A stretch of 64,000 nucleotides of DNA from Eledone cirrhosa. Lineage: Eukaryota. Positions 1 through 14,118 of the stretch are shown piece after piece; the stretch's first letter is position 1; the number at the start of each line of letters is the position of its first letter. The stretch covers positions 133,424,001 through 133,488,000 of the forward strand of contig OZ024745.1 in assembly GCA_964016885.1 (NCBI GenBank), in the 5' to 3' direction. The notes below the pieces were generated by a model, which was not told the origin of the DNA, made no database searches, and saw only the letters and a list, made by a program, of their open reading frames with translations. The position numbers and the translations under genes were made by a program.

Positions 1-9
1 TCATCACAG

Positions 10-201
10 AGTCGGCCAGTATCAGTAGAGGGTCGGACACCATGCTTTACATCATAGAGTTACGGCCCTTGCCATTCTGAGTTCAAATCCCGCCGAGGTT
101 ACCTTTGCCTTTCATCCTTACGGCGTCGATAAAATAAAGTACCAGTAACGTACTGGATAATTGCTGACCTTGTGGCAAAAGTAGAAACAATTATTATTAT
201 T
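10..201 (+). mobile_element. tRNA-derived SINE, family A ((TTA)n tail)
   Basis: A-box-like ggccagtatcagtagag, B-box gagttcaaatcc, central gcctttcatccttacggcgtcgataaaataaagtaccag, 3' end cttgtggcaaaagtagaaacaattattattat; about 10 homologous copies in the window. Confidence 0.85.
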
Positions 202-235
202 AGGCTTGGCAGCCAAAGCTTAAAATGTGCTACCT

Positions 236-264
236 TACTGCTGCTGCTACTACTACTGCTGCTG

Positions 265-318
<54 letters not shown>

Positions 319-700
319 ATACTAATACTACTACAGACATTAACAGTATCAACACTTCCATCACAAAATGAAAACAATATAAATCTTTCTATTTTATTCT
401 CCAATATTCAGCAGAAAAAACAACTGTAGTGTAAACACAATCACCACCACTTCCACTACGACAGCAGCAACAACAACCACAATATCAGTGACAATATAAA
501 CATAAACAAAGAGAGCACTAACAAAAACAACTGCAACAAAAACAACTAAACAACAACAACAAAAACAACCAAACAACAACAACAAAAACAACCAAACAAC
601 AACAACAACAACAACAACGGGAATAATTAATAACAGCAGCAACACAGCAAAACGAACGACACAGAAAGATCAGCAACAATAGCAACACAATTACTGCTGC
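236..700. repeat. (CTA/CTG)n microsatellite followed by CAA-rich low-complexity tract
   Basis: Direct reading; explains the poly-S/poly-L ORFs. Confidence 0.9.
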
Positions 701-924
701 TGCTAAGAAAAGACCATGTTTACACATGTTTTCACAATGTTTGGCCCAGGCATGGAAGATAATCGTCCGGCTGAGGCTACGGAGGCGGTGGAGGGCAGAA
801 TAATTACTTACAGATGTATTTAGGTGCATCCCACTGCAAACGCCAGGTATACCAATACACGGCACCCAATGATCAGATATGATGATCACATTGGATAAGA
901 GTATCAATAGGATCACAAGAAATA

Positions 925-1325
925 CATAGTGTAACATATATCCTACATATTACAGATACAATTATGGTATATATGTGCTTCAAAGTGTAACGTATATCCT
1001 ACCTGTTATATATACAATTATGGTATACCTGTGCTACATAGTGTAACGTATATCCAACATATTTTAGATACAATTATGGTATATACGTGCTACATACTGT
1101 AATGTATATAGATACAATTATTGTATATCTTTTCAGCATAGTGTAACGTATATCCTACATATTATAGATATAACTATGGTATATCTGTGGTATCAAGTGT
1201 AACGTAAATCCTACGTATTTTAGATACAATTATGGTATATCTGTGCTACATACTATAACATATATCCTCTCTATTATACATACAATTATGGTATATCTGT
1301 GCTACAAGGTGTAACGTATATCCTA
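925..1325. repeat. 56-bp minisatellite, about 7 copies
   Basis: Unit catagtgtaacgtatatcctacatattatagatacaattatggtatatctgtgcta repeated with substitutions; one copy has an internal deletion. Confidence 0.92.
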
Positions 1326-2020
1326 GTAAAATAGAACATCTCCTTTTCCTCTAGTCAAGTGATAACCAATCTTTACATTTGTATTAAGGAAAAAAACAAT
1401 AGATAAAAAAAAGAAGCACTGCATGTTGTTGTTTTATGGGAAGATGGTGCCAATAATACCGTAGTTAAAGCCATTTCTTGGAATGGTTTCAATAATGGTT
1501 TCGCTGCCACACCAGCCTGAAAGGTGCTTGATTGGTTGCATGTCTACTGAGGATGTATCATTTACCTTAATAAATATGCTAATGGGGGAAATTAAACAAG
1601 ACATCTCTTCTGTTCTCTTCGACAAAATGGAAGTTTTAAACACATTACGGGACACAAAATAGGATATATATTTTTTCTTTAAATACTTTATTTTTAGAAC
1701 GATTGTTTCAACGAAGCGAAAATTATTCCATATATTCAATAATTTTGATATGAAATGTTGTCAAAATGGACCACACACGCATTACTAGAAGAAAGGATGT
1801 ATATAATAAGAAAAGAAATGGTCTTCTGAAAGTACTATAATTGTTGGGGGTGAGACGTGGATTGAAATTATGCGAATTGATAAAAGACAATTTTTTTTAA
1901 AAGAATTATGGAAATAGTTTTAAAGAGAACTAATCTATGTTATGGGTGAGACGATAGAGAATAGGCAGAGACGAAATATTCTTATATACGCAAATACGTC
2001 TAACTATCTATCTACACACA

Positions 2021-2336
<316 letters not shown>

Positions 2337-2337
2337 T

Positions 2338-2850
2338 AGGAAAACCGAAGTTGAATAGAAACATTGAATGGTATAACAACAACAACCATACACAAACACA
2401 CAATAGTGACCTAAGATAAATATAAATAAATATACACAAGTACAATAACAACAACCACACATAAGCACACACTAGTTAACAAAGATAGAATACAAATACA
2501 CAGACTCAGACGCGAATACATAACCAAACAGAAAAAAACACGCAAACGCATGCGCAAACAGAGACAGTGACAAGAATAAATAAATATATAAAAATGGTGT
2601 AGACATTACAATACAACGGGAGGAAACATAATAGTACCACTGAAGATGTCACAGATGTGTGATAAAAGAACTTTGATAGACTATATATATTTATATCCGT
2701 ATTTTTAACCGTTGGTCAATCAATGATAAACATTGATTGCCAGCTAAATTAACTATAGGGTTATAAAAGATACAGAAGCGAAAACTAATCCACACCAAAC
2801 GGTGAGTATATTATGTCATTATTTCTGGCAATATTATAACAATATGCCCC
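2338..2850 (+). mobile_element. Penelope-like element 3' end/pseudo-LTR (family P1) with decayed hammerhead
   Basis: Homologous to the reverse complement of 46335-46865, which continues into a GIY-YIG coding region; CTGAAGA-T-GTCACA-GATG-TGTGAT-AAAA at 2640-2667. Confidence 0.8.
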
Positions 2851-2989
2851 CCCCCCCTCCCCATATTATAATTATATATATATATTTATATATGAATATA
2901 TGTATGTATATATGGTATCTATCTATATATGTATATATGTATGCAGTATGTAAAAGATATTCTTGGTTTATATGGCGTTTCGCAATATT

Positions 2990-3199
<210 letters not shown>

Positions 3200-3200
<1 letters not shown>

Positions 3201-3550
3201 ATATGGAAAACGAAGAATCCGTGATGCATCGAAACAATTTATTAACGTATTACAATTGTTTCTCCGACGAACAGCTCGAGGTGCGATCTGTTTGTGGATC
3301 TAACCTGACTCTGGATTCGTAAATTAAGCCGTACATGTTCGGCAACCATCGTCGCCCTTTTGTTCAACACTGACAAAGGAACGATGAACTAGTTTCAAGC
3401 TTATTAGCTATCGTCACCATCGTATACCTTCCTGCCAGATGATTGAACGTTTGAAAGTATATACCTTCCTTACGCATATTAACGGCTTAATTCGGGCTGT
3501 TCGTTTACAAACAAACCGAACATTATAATAAATGTTCTGTAAACCCATAC
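3200..3550 (-). mobile_element. PLE non-coding terminal fragment related to the leader of the element at 47230-50080
   Basis: Reverse complement of 3255-3315 (agagtcaggttagatccacaaacagatcgcacctcgagctgttcgtcggagaaacaa) matches 47454-47510; contains a hammerhead motif. Confidence 0.7.
3381..3423 (-). ncRNA. Minimal type I hammerhead ribozyme motif (C3>G variant)
   Basis: Minus strand: ACGATG-GTGACGA-T-AGCT-AATA-AGCT-T-GAAA-CTAG-TT-CATCGT; perfect 6-bp stem I, palindromic CTAG stem III. Confidence 0.65.
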
Positions 3551-3936
3551 GTACATATATGTATGTGTGCATGTATGTGTATACATAGATACTACTGTAT
3601 GTCTGTATACATATATATATGTACGTATACATATTTATATTTAAGTATCAGCCGTACCAAGAGTGAGAAATGAAATTTCATTTCATTCTTTTCCATTTAT
3701 ATATATATATTCCATATTGAATTTCTTTCTGCATTTACAGATTTGGCGAACCAGTCCTCACACAATTATACACACACACTATCATACATATATGTTTAAA
3801 AAGCACATATGCCTATATATTTGTTGGTAAGAGAGATCGATATATATGGACACATATATATATATATAGCGTACAGCTCATCATATATAGAGAGATTTAA
3901 TTGTGTGTTCATGCATTAGCGGGTGAGTGTGCACAC

Positions 3937-3973
<37 letters not shown>

Positions 3974-4189
3974 TCTCTCTCTCTCTGTATATATATATAG
4001 ATGGATATAGACATATATATATGTGTGTGTGTATATATATATATACACTCATAAAGTTGTGTATGTGTGTGTATGAAGAGTGAGAGAAAGAGTGTGGAGG
4101 TGCAAGAGTGAAAGGCAGAGGATTTCATTAACAATAATGTGACATCAATATGACACATTGATGTCACATTGAAGTGTTGTTGTGGCAGA

Positions 4190-4669
4190 CAGTGTCTGTG
4201 TATGTAAGTGTGAGACAGTGTATGTGTATGTAAGTGTGAGACAGTGTATGTGTATGTGTATGTGTAAGTGTGATACAGTGTATGTGTGAAGGTATGTGTG
4301 TATATGTGAGTGAGAGTGAGACAGTGTGTGTGTATGTATGAAGGTGTGTGTGCATATGTGTGTGAGACAGTGTGTGTGTGTATGAAGATATGTGTGTATA
4401 TATGTGTGTGTGTGTGTGAGTGTGTGTAAGTGTGGATAGTGTATGTATGTATGAAGGTATGTGTATATATGTGTGTGTGTGAGTGTGTGTAAGTGTGTGT
4501 ATGTATGAATGTATGTGTGTATATATATATGTGTGTGTGTGTGTGTGAGTGTGTGTGAGTGTGAGACAGTGTGTGTATGTAGGAATGTATGTGTGTATAT
4601 ATATATATATATATGCGTGTATGTGTGTGTGTGTAAGTGTGAGGCAGTATGTGTATGTATGAAGGTATG

Positions 4670-4701
<32 letters not shown>

Positions 4702-5001
4702 AGTGTGTGTAAGTGCGAGGCAGTGTGTGTATGTAGGAATGTATGTGTGTATATATATATATATATATGCGTGTATGTGTGTGTGTGTGAGTGTGTGTAA
4801 GTGTGAGGCAGTATGTGTATGTATGAAGGTATGTATATATATATGTGTGTGTGTGTGTGTGTGAGTGTGTGTGTAAGTGCGAGGCAGTGTGTGTATGTAG
4901 GAATGTATGTGTATATATATATATATATATGTGTGTATATGTGTTTGTGTGTGAGTGTGTGCATGTGTGAGGCAGTGTGTGTATGTATGAAGGTATGTGT
5001 G

Positions 5002-5036
<35 letters not shown>

Positions 5037-5070
5037 GAGCGTGTGTAAGTGTGAGGCAGTGTGTGTATGT
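4190..5070. repeat. Compound minisatellite derived from GT/TA microsatellites (units of about 60 bp)
   Basis: Recurring anchors gtaagtgtgaggcagt and tatgaaggtatg / taggaatgtatg separated by variable (GT)/(TA) runs. Confidence 0.85.
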
Positions 5071-5389
5071 AATACACACACTGTAATACACAAGGTGTAT
5101 GTGTAATTACGTGTGGTGGGAACGAGGATTGCAATACATTTCTTTCCCATTAAAATATGTCCTATGTTATTGCCATATCTTAACATATGACTTCCCCAAT
5201 ATTGTCAACACTGAAACTGCAATTTACCGAGAGATCAATAATTTCATTTTATTCTTCCAATGTAAAACGGTTGCAAATTTATTGTGAATGCAATTTTATG
5301 TGCAAATGCGAGTGAATTTTGAAATATATGCTGAATACAAAAGAAGACTGAATGTAAGCATATTTTATTGAAAATGACATTATATTAAT

Positions 5390-5390
5390 G

Positions 5391-5484
<94 letters not shown>

Positions 5485-5680
5485 TACATATACACACACA
5501 TATATATATATATATACATACACATACATACATATATATGTATATACATATATATACATATATATACCTATATATATATATATGATATATATATATACAT
5601 ATACATACATAAATATATATATATACATATATATACATATATATATATACATATATATACATAAATATATATATATATAC

Positions 5681-5735
<55 letters not shown>

Positions 5736-5745
5736 TATATATATA
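5390..5745. repeat. (TA)n/(CA)n microsatellite
   Basis: Direct reading. Confidence 0.95.
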
Positions 5746-5945
5746 TTAAAATAACAGATTAAAGTTTAAACAAAGAATCGCTGCTGTCACCCTTAACGGG
5801 ATCTTCTGAAACTGACAAAGTCAATCTGTAAACGCAGAAGTGAATACTTCAAAAAACATTGCAACCGGAGCAAGACAGGAAGACGATACTTTGGTTTGTG
5901 GAAACGTTCCCTGGCAAAGAACGGGAAAACACGAATATAATACGA
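5746..5945 (-). mobile_element. Short (TA)n-associated interspersed repeat, probable PLE terminus
   Basis: Close second copy at 36015-36158; both begin directly after (TA)n; hammerhead-like CAGAAGA-T-CCC-GTTAA-GGG-T-GA(C/A)A on the minus strand. Confidence 0.6.
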
Positions 5946-6129
5946 ATATATATATATAATATTATTTCCGTCTTTCACACGCACTCACATATACACACAT
6001 ATACAATACATATACACACATATATACACATGTATATACATATTGGCCGCGCTTAAAAGCCAAACATTCGGCTTCGATATTCGATAATTGTATATATTAC
6101 ATTTCCATCTGTCTATCTATCTACCCCCT

Positions 6130-6660
<531 letters not shown>

Positions 6661-7022
6661 TAATGAATTGGAAAACGATAGCGAGTTATACAAATACATA
6701 GTACATTTCAACATATATGCTGTATCTGTATGTATACTCAGCTGTGTTATTTCTGCGTGTGTATGTCTTTGAAGCTGCATGGATATATAGTAAGTAATAG
6801 GTAGGAATTTAGAAATTTGTAGATGTAGGTAATATAAACACAAAATGATATATAGTGACATCCACGTTGTCTCGGTGTTGCAAATTCCTCTTAATATTTA
6901 AATATATTTATCATAAATATTATTGCATATCCGGTAAGCTAATAATGCCTCAAAAGTTATATAACTTTGTCATTTTCTACCATGCAAAACGTCACACAAA
7001 TATATATATATATATACGTATA

Positions 7023-7054
<32 letters not shown>

Positions 7055-7479
7055 GTGTGTGCATATATATATGCTTGCAAATCTTTTCGTAAATATATAA
7101 ATACATATATATATGTGTCTGTGTGTCTGTATGAGTGTGTGAATATAGACTTAAGTGTATGTGTATTTGTTTGCACTCTGTGTATGAGTGTGTGTGCATA
7201 ATACATTGTGTGCATAATGTTGAACTTTTCGATAACCTCACTTTTATCTTTATAAAACAAATATATCTTCATACATGGTACTACATAATTTAATAAGTCA
7301 CAAGGCCTTTGTACACGTTATAGATATATTTTGATTATGAAATACATAAAAACAACTTTTATGTTTCAAATATTAGTTTGCAGATCTGGCATATATTGCA
7401 TACTATTAATATTCATTTAGTAAATATATCCATCTTTTTAAAATAATATTTCTTCACTCGGTACTTTGCGGCATCGTGA

Positions 7480-7908
<429 letters not shown>

Positions 7909-8834
7909 CTCATATACATTTATCATTTATTCAAGAGATAAAATTTACATAACCTGAATGTTCAAAATAACATATGATTGGCAAACACATGCCAGAGAAA
8001 TATTAGAGCTTATTTAGCAGTATGATAATTTATTCTATGTAGAGAGATGACTATTTGTGAACATACGACTATGTAATCTCTGTTATTTTATCGGCTGTAA
8101 ATATCTATCTCACTTATAACCCACCATTCGTTTAAAAAAAAGACAAAACAATTGTATCAACTTCTACGGTTTAGTCATCTGGAAAATCTTTTGGGTTAAT
8201 AGCTTAAAGTTCCCTAGAGAATGTAATTGATTTCATTTTTCTTTCATTCGCAACAATCTAAATTAAGTACAGGGACGGGAATTATGGAAATATATTCTTT
8301 GATCTCTGCAAGAAATAAGATTGCCAATGGTGAAGATGTTTCTGATCACGTTTGAACAAAAGCATACAGATAATATAGACACTCGCCATTCTTCAAGTGG
8401 CAACATCGAAAATGCTGAAATGATTGATGTAAGGTAAAACGTCTGATAGGTAAAAGGAGGACAAGAATTACCTGTTTCTCTATATTTTGTACCACAAATA
8501 AAATACATCTGATCTGTAATTCAATTATTGCACTGTCAGAATGAGGAAATAAAGAAATGACACTTTAGACTCGCACTGAAACCACAATCTCACTAATTCT
8601 TATAAAGACAAAAATAAAATGGACTGAGTTCTTTTTTAATTTTTTAATGGTTGATTTGCGTTGCAAATTCCAATATCTTTACTATCAAAATCTAATTACA
8701 AATGCTATTTTAAACCCTATGAGCGAACATAAATAAATTGAAAGAAGCCTCTTAATCATTAACTAACCCGGGCAAAATTAGTACTTAGACATAAATAGTG
8801 TAGCCACTATATATATATATAGAGAGAGAGAGAG

Positions 8835-9130
8835 CATGGCACTACATAGGTTCTACGGCTGGCGACTTCAAACAAAGATGGTATGTGCATAGGCACTCCC
8901 TAAAAAACCCAAAACTCAGTAACACGACGCTGGCCAATAATAGCTGGCAGCTTAAGGACAATAATCAAGGATGTGAGATTAGCTGGTCTAAGTTATCAAA
9001 TGAAAGGGCCTACAGTAATGGAATGTACCACTGTAGACTCTGTAATATGGAACTACTCCATATTCTGCAATATAACAAAATGCTGCTCAATAGCAACATA
9101 GAGTGAACAATTTCAAACCGTGACCAGCAT
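8835..9130 (+). pseudogene. 5'-truncated Penelope-like GIY-YIG endonuclease fragment (Hydra-clade-like)
   Basis: Translates WHYIGSTAGDFKQRWYVHRHSLKNPKLSNTTLANNSWQLK..ISW..CRLCNMELLHILQYNKMLLNSNIE; YIG, FKxR, CxxC and LLN motifs; follows a (TA)/(GA) repeat. Confidence 0.85.
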
Positions 9131-9635
9131 GATTCGATCCAGTGATCTCAGTATCCAGTCAGAACCACCCGGGTTAGAATGTATATTAGACCGACACCAA
9201 CGGAACAACTTTACACCTCCTCACTGTTATTAGCTGTCAGTTGACCAAGCGGACATTAAATCAACCTCGGCAATCCCTCAACCTTTTTATAGACACATCA
9301 CCTCCATTAAAATAAAACAAACTCCCCCAACCTTAATCACCCATATGTCATCATTGTCCCTTTTACTTTTTATTCTCTATTTATCTATTTACCGTTTTCT
9401 GATTTTTATTCTTATCTTTTATATTTTGTGTTCGAATCCTTATTTTTTGTTTTTATCTCCTATTCTTTATATTTTACTTTTTTATTTTTATTGTTTATTA
9501 TTTTTTATCACTTTTATTTCGCCAATTCATGAACTTAATCCACAATATTAGAATGTTGCCAATACACCAGTCTAAGAATGACCAGTATTTCTTCTTCCCT
9601 AAATTTCTTTCATGTTACTATTATTATTACTGTCA

Positions 9636-9795
9636 ATGGCGGTGGATAGGCATAGTTACGTTCCTTTATGATCTGAGTTCAAATCCCGCCGAGGTTGACT
9701 TTGCCTTTCATCCTTACCGGGTCGATAACATAAAGTACGAGTAATGCACTGGGTAATTGCTGGCCTTGTGCCTAAAGTAGAAACAATTATTATTA
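9636..9795 (+). mobile_element. SINE family A copy (internal deletion in head)
   Basis: gagttcaaatcccgccgaggttgactttgcctttcatcc...cttgtgcctaaagtagaaacaattattatt. Confidence 0.85.
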
Positions 9796-9887
9796 CTGTC
9801 ATTACTATTTTACGCATCTATCTACTCACCGTTACAACTACTACCACCACAACTATTATTATTATCAGAAACCGTATTATTATTATT

Positions 9888-10030
9888 GGCCCTTTATGGT
9901 CTAAGTTTAAAACCCCCCGAGGTTAACTTTGCCGTTCATCCTTACGAGGTTGATAAAATAAAGTACCAGTAATACAGTGGGATAATTGCTGGCCTTGTGC
10001 CAAAAGTAGAAACAATTATTATTGTTATTG
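9888..10030 (+). mobile_element. SINE family A copy (5'-truncated)
   Basis: Same core and tail as 10-201. Confidence 0.85.
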
Positions 10031-10229
10031 TTTTCATTGATGTTATTCTCCGATGAATCTATAAACACCAGTGCCCTGGTTATACACACACCAATATTCT
10101 GATGATTTCATCAGACATAGAGTGTAATTACGGTCGAGTAGCATATCTTCTAACGATCAGCGAAACAATTGTTAATACTGTAAATAAACCCATTTGTACA
10201 GCCGACCATGTTACTCTTCATTTTTTGGC

Positions 10230-10264
<35 letters not shown>

Positions 10265-10267
<3 letters not shown>

Positions 10268-11140
10268 TTAAGTCGTTTGGAAGCCTCAACAATGCAAATG
10301 GGTAAATCTCCGGGTAACAAGGTCCGGTGGTGGAGAGAGAGATGTAAGTGGGTGTACGTTGAGATGCGTGGTATGTATAAGATGTGTGAGATGTGTAGAA
10401 TGAAGGGAAGAGTATAAAGGATAAAATAAAAATAACAACACAAGAGAGAGTTACCTTGGGAGAGATTTAATAGTCCCTATATATTTCGGATTCACATCCA
10501 TCAACTGGGTTTTTTTTCCGGGGTGGGGGAAAAGGTTGTCTGTCGGACAAGTCCGGAACGCGTCCTTCGCTGTTTGTTGTTTTGAATATCTGAGGTATTC
10601 GGCAGAGCGCGCGTGCGCGTGAAATGGGGTCGGTCGTACAGAGGTCAGCGGCCGAATGAGGGAGTGGGATGGCGCTAGCTGTCAGTCCATTCTCTGCCTG
10701 TTTGCTAAATGTTACTGTGTGTGTGTGTGTGCGTGTGTTGTTGTCTCGCTTGAGTGTGTGTGTGTGTGTGTGCGTGTGTTGTTGCCTTGTTCCTCTGTAT
10801 TGGCAGTGTAGTATGTTCGTATGGTGGAATGCTACTGTGTGTGCGTGTGTGTGTGTGTAGTTGTCTTGTTTGTGTGTGTGTGTGTGTGTGCGTGTGTTGT
10901 GTCTTGTTGCATCGCTTGTTAACTTAAACCAGCCATCTCATTTCGCTTCTCTCTGATCGGCTGTTTATTTGCGGTTGCAGTCATTTGATAAAAAGCGCTT
11001 CCTTGATACGTAACGTGCCGACGTTTCTTTCAGTCGCTAGAATTGTGACAATGGGCCTTCCGTCTTTGTTTCCGCATTTGTCTATGTGTTTCCGGAAAGA
11101 CGAGGCCCTGGTTTTAATGTGTTCGGGATCATTCGAGGAT
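10265..11140 (-). mobile_element. Penelope/Poseidon-like PLE 3' fragment: GIY-YIG C-terminus plus 3' UTR/pLTR
   Basis: Minus strand EHIKTRASSFRKHIDKC..VTILATERNVGTLRIKEALFIK*LQPQINSRSE; degenerate hammerhead at 10474-10510; ends at (TA)n. Confidence 0.7.
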
Positions 11141-11149
11141 CCTCGATCT

Positions 11150-11600
11150 ACGGAAGAAATCCATGCCCCTGATTTTAAAACCCAGACAAGACTTTTCAAT
11201 TCATTCTTGGACGTTTTGTCCGGATATTTTAAAATTGTCTTGGGATTTACGGTGCGGCTCTTAAATCTTTCATCCGACATTCCCACGTAGGCCTTGCATT
11301 CCTGGTCGGGTTGAGATGATCTTTGTCTATCACGGATGTATTGCCACTTCTGTCAAGGGATAATGTCCTTGGCTTACAGCATCAGCAAAAGTATGTTAAG
11401 GAGCTCGGGTGGTTGTTGTTGGTTAAGCAAAATCTCATTTTTCCGGCAGATCTTAACTAGATTTATGCTAAATATATTTCTATATTTATGACCTACAGGC
11501 AACTGATTGTCGGTAGGCGTTAAGAATCACTTTCCTACATTGATATTAATATTTAGGGAGAATCCAGCTGTATACCAATGTTTCGGTCAAAATTAAACAT
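11150..11600 (-). pseudogene. Hydra-clade-like PLE fragment (RT thumb, linker, GIY-YIG N-half)
   Basis: Minus strand WYTAGFSLNININVGK*FL..DNQLPVGHKYRNIFSINLVKI, then decayed CxC linker and AYVGMSDERFKSR..ELKSLVWVLK; frameshifts and stops. Confidence 0.75.
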
Positions 11601-12934
11601 TTATTTGATATTAGAAAGTAAGAAATTCTTCAATAAAAGTAGAAATGTTTGAATGAAAAGTAGACATTTTCTAATGGAAAGTAAGCCAGGTTTTGTATTG
11701 GAATCCCTAACAGCACCTCTCCCACTATCATCATCACTACTTCCACCAAACAGCAACACTAACACTACCATCACTATAACCACCATCAACACCACCAGCA
11801 AGAGCCACTAACAGTAATATCTCATAAGTATCTTTCCGGCGTCTTGTACCCTGGGCTCAATATCATGTAATCCAAAGAGGAACATATGCTTTTCGTTGGT
11901 TGTTTTTCTATCCATCATTGCTATATATTAGTGATTTGTCATATATTTATTAAATCGGTTAACCACTCTCTCGTGCTACTAATAAATCAATATTGGGTTG
12001 TTTTAACCCTTACAATTTTATAATTCGAACAATGCGTGTGAGGAATATTACATATTCGTATGCAATTTAAACTGAACCTAATCTGTATTACACTAAAGAG
12101 TTTTATTTCAGTGATAACCTGTTAAATGTCGGTTAAAAGTGAGAAAAATAAACGTCTGTTTCAAATGTGATTCACATCGCACATAAAGAACTGTATTATT
12201 TTTCTTAGGCCAAAATGTGTGTTAGAATGAACATGATGAAATTAAAAGAGAAATCCGTTTGTAATTCATAATAAATCAACGCAACAAATTTATGGTTGAA
12301 AGGATATTAAGTACATTTTGGAAAACAATGATTTCGTGTATTGATTTTCTTACAGTATCAGTGCTATTTCCCTCATAGTCCATCATATCGATCTCATTTA
12401 AATAATTCTCTTCAAAATGAAATAATGTTCGCACTCCCTACTATCAAAATATGACGTTGTATCTTTGTTTCCTATACTTTCTTAATTAGTCTAGAATGCA
12501 ACGCTTTACTACCTCAAACTCCTTTTGACCTAAAGATTATTTGAAGACTAGGAAACTTAATTAAGCCATAACGTTAGAACAGTAATTACCTTTCAAGAAT
12601 GGAAACAAAGATGTCCATCGAGACAATAATCTCTTGTGATATTTCAATATCAAAGGCGCATGGCATTATCATTTCTTTTTAACTAATTTCAAAAATGACA
12701 CCGCCAATTCTTTCATTCTTTCTTTATAGTTCTGTCTTCCATTGCGGAATTATTCTCATGAAACTTCAGAAAGTATGTAATCTCAAAATTACAACCTTCA
12801 AAGTTATTTAGCAAAACTAGACATTTCACTATGTATTTTATCAGTCTGGAGGAATTTTAAAATCTCAAAATAGATACATTTCAGTTGTTTAAGAGGTTTC
12901 GATATAATTTATCTAAAATGTGTTTCAGTTACAT

Positions 12935-13542
12935 TCTTCTTCTTCTTCTTCTTCTTCTTCTTCTTCTTCTTCTTCTTCTTCTTCTTCTTCTTCTTCTTCT
13001 TCTTCTTCTTTCTCTTCTTTCTTCTTCTTCCTCTTCTTTTTCTTCTTCTTCTTCTTCTTCTTTCTCTTCTTTCTTCTTCTTCCTCTTCTTTTTCTTCTTC
13101 TTCTTCTTCTTCTTCTTCTTGCTCGACGAGACCGGGTCATCCTAAGCCAGAAATCCCAAAGCATCATCGAGCGTAGAGCCGATCAGTTCCGCCAGCGTCC
13201 TATAACGCTGGCGGTACTATGCCAGCTCCTCTGCATCCTCCAAGGTGATCACGAGCCTCCAGGGATCTTTCCTGTTAATAGCCAGCCATGCGGTGCGAAC
13301 ATGTCACGTCGAATGATAGTAAAGCCATGATAGGATGATCTTGTTAAATTCGGAGGACATGTCCATACCAGCGCATGTGACGGATAGTTATGAGGCGGGA
13401 GCTGTGGACTGATGCGTGCGTGCATGCAACATTTTGTTGGAAACCTGTTCGTCCCATCTGATGTTTTTGTTGGTCCTCAGGGCTCTGCTACAAAAGTTGC
13501 CAATCCTCTTTTCCAGGGTCTCTGTGTGGAGCCACGTTTCTG
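12935..13542 (-). mobile_element. 5'-truncated RTE-clade LINE with (GAA)n tail and 8-bp TSD
   Basis: Minus strand ETWLHTETLEKRIGNFCSRALR..IRWDEQVSNK..MRWYGHVLR (RTE thumb); tail is (TTC)n at 12935-13119; gttacatt at 12928-12935 and 13543-13550. Confidence 0.85.
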
Positions 13543-13848
13543 GTTACATTAGTGGCATAAAATAAATATTTCGGTGAATCATATTTTTTCAACGATGTAA
13601 TTTAGTGAGACACCTTTTTGTGTTTAGCTTATCTTTACACATTTAGATACAAAAATATACAAATATATCTATAAATGCTTTCAATTTCACTCAATCAATT
13701 TTTGTTTATTTTTAATATGGTGCATGTCATATGAAATTAGCAACAGAACTGTTAACATATTTCATCAAGGTAACAATAAAAATCGAGTTGAGACAAAAAA
13801 AATAACAAAAGGGCTTCTTTAATTTATTACAAGTGAAATTAATAATAA

Positions 13849-14118
13849 GGGCCGTAACTCCATGCTACAAAGCATTTTGTCCGACGCTCTACCGATACTG
13901 CCAATCCACCGCCCTTTGAAATTAATAATAATTGTTTCTACTTTTGGCACAAGGCCAGCAATTACCCAGTGTATTACTCGTACTTTATTTTATCGACCCC
14001 GTAAGGATGAAAGGCAAAATTAACCTCGGCGGGATTTGAACTCAGACCGTAAAGGGACGTAACTATGCTGGATAGCATGGCGTCCGACCCTCTACCGATA
14101 CTGCCAATCCACCGCCAT
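13849..14118 (-). mobile_element. Two adjacent SINE family A copies (head fragment 13849-13915; near full-length 13922-14118)
   Basis: Reverse complement of the SINE A head, core and tail. Confidence 0.85.

Noticed and set aside
518-937. Minus-strand ORF with a signal-peptide-like start and a GTAAGT donor near 806-811
   Set aside because: Start lies inside the 56-bp minisatellite, the ORF runs into low-complexity sequence, and no domain or partner exon is recognisable
1434-1739. 101-aa minus-strand ORF ending GWCGSETIIETIPRNGFNYGIIGTIFP
   Set aside because: No recognisable family; the implied intron (about 49 nt) is implausibly short
12585-12850. Possible minus-strand exon bounded by AG and GT
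   Set aside because: No frame stays open between acceptor and donor
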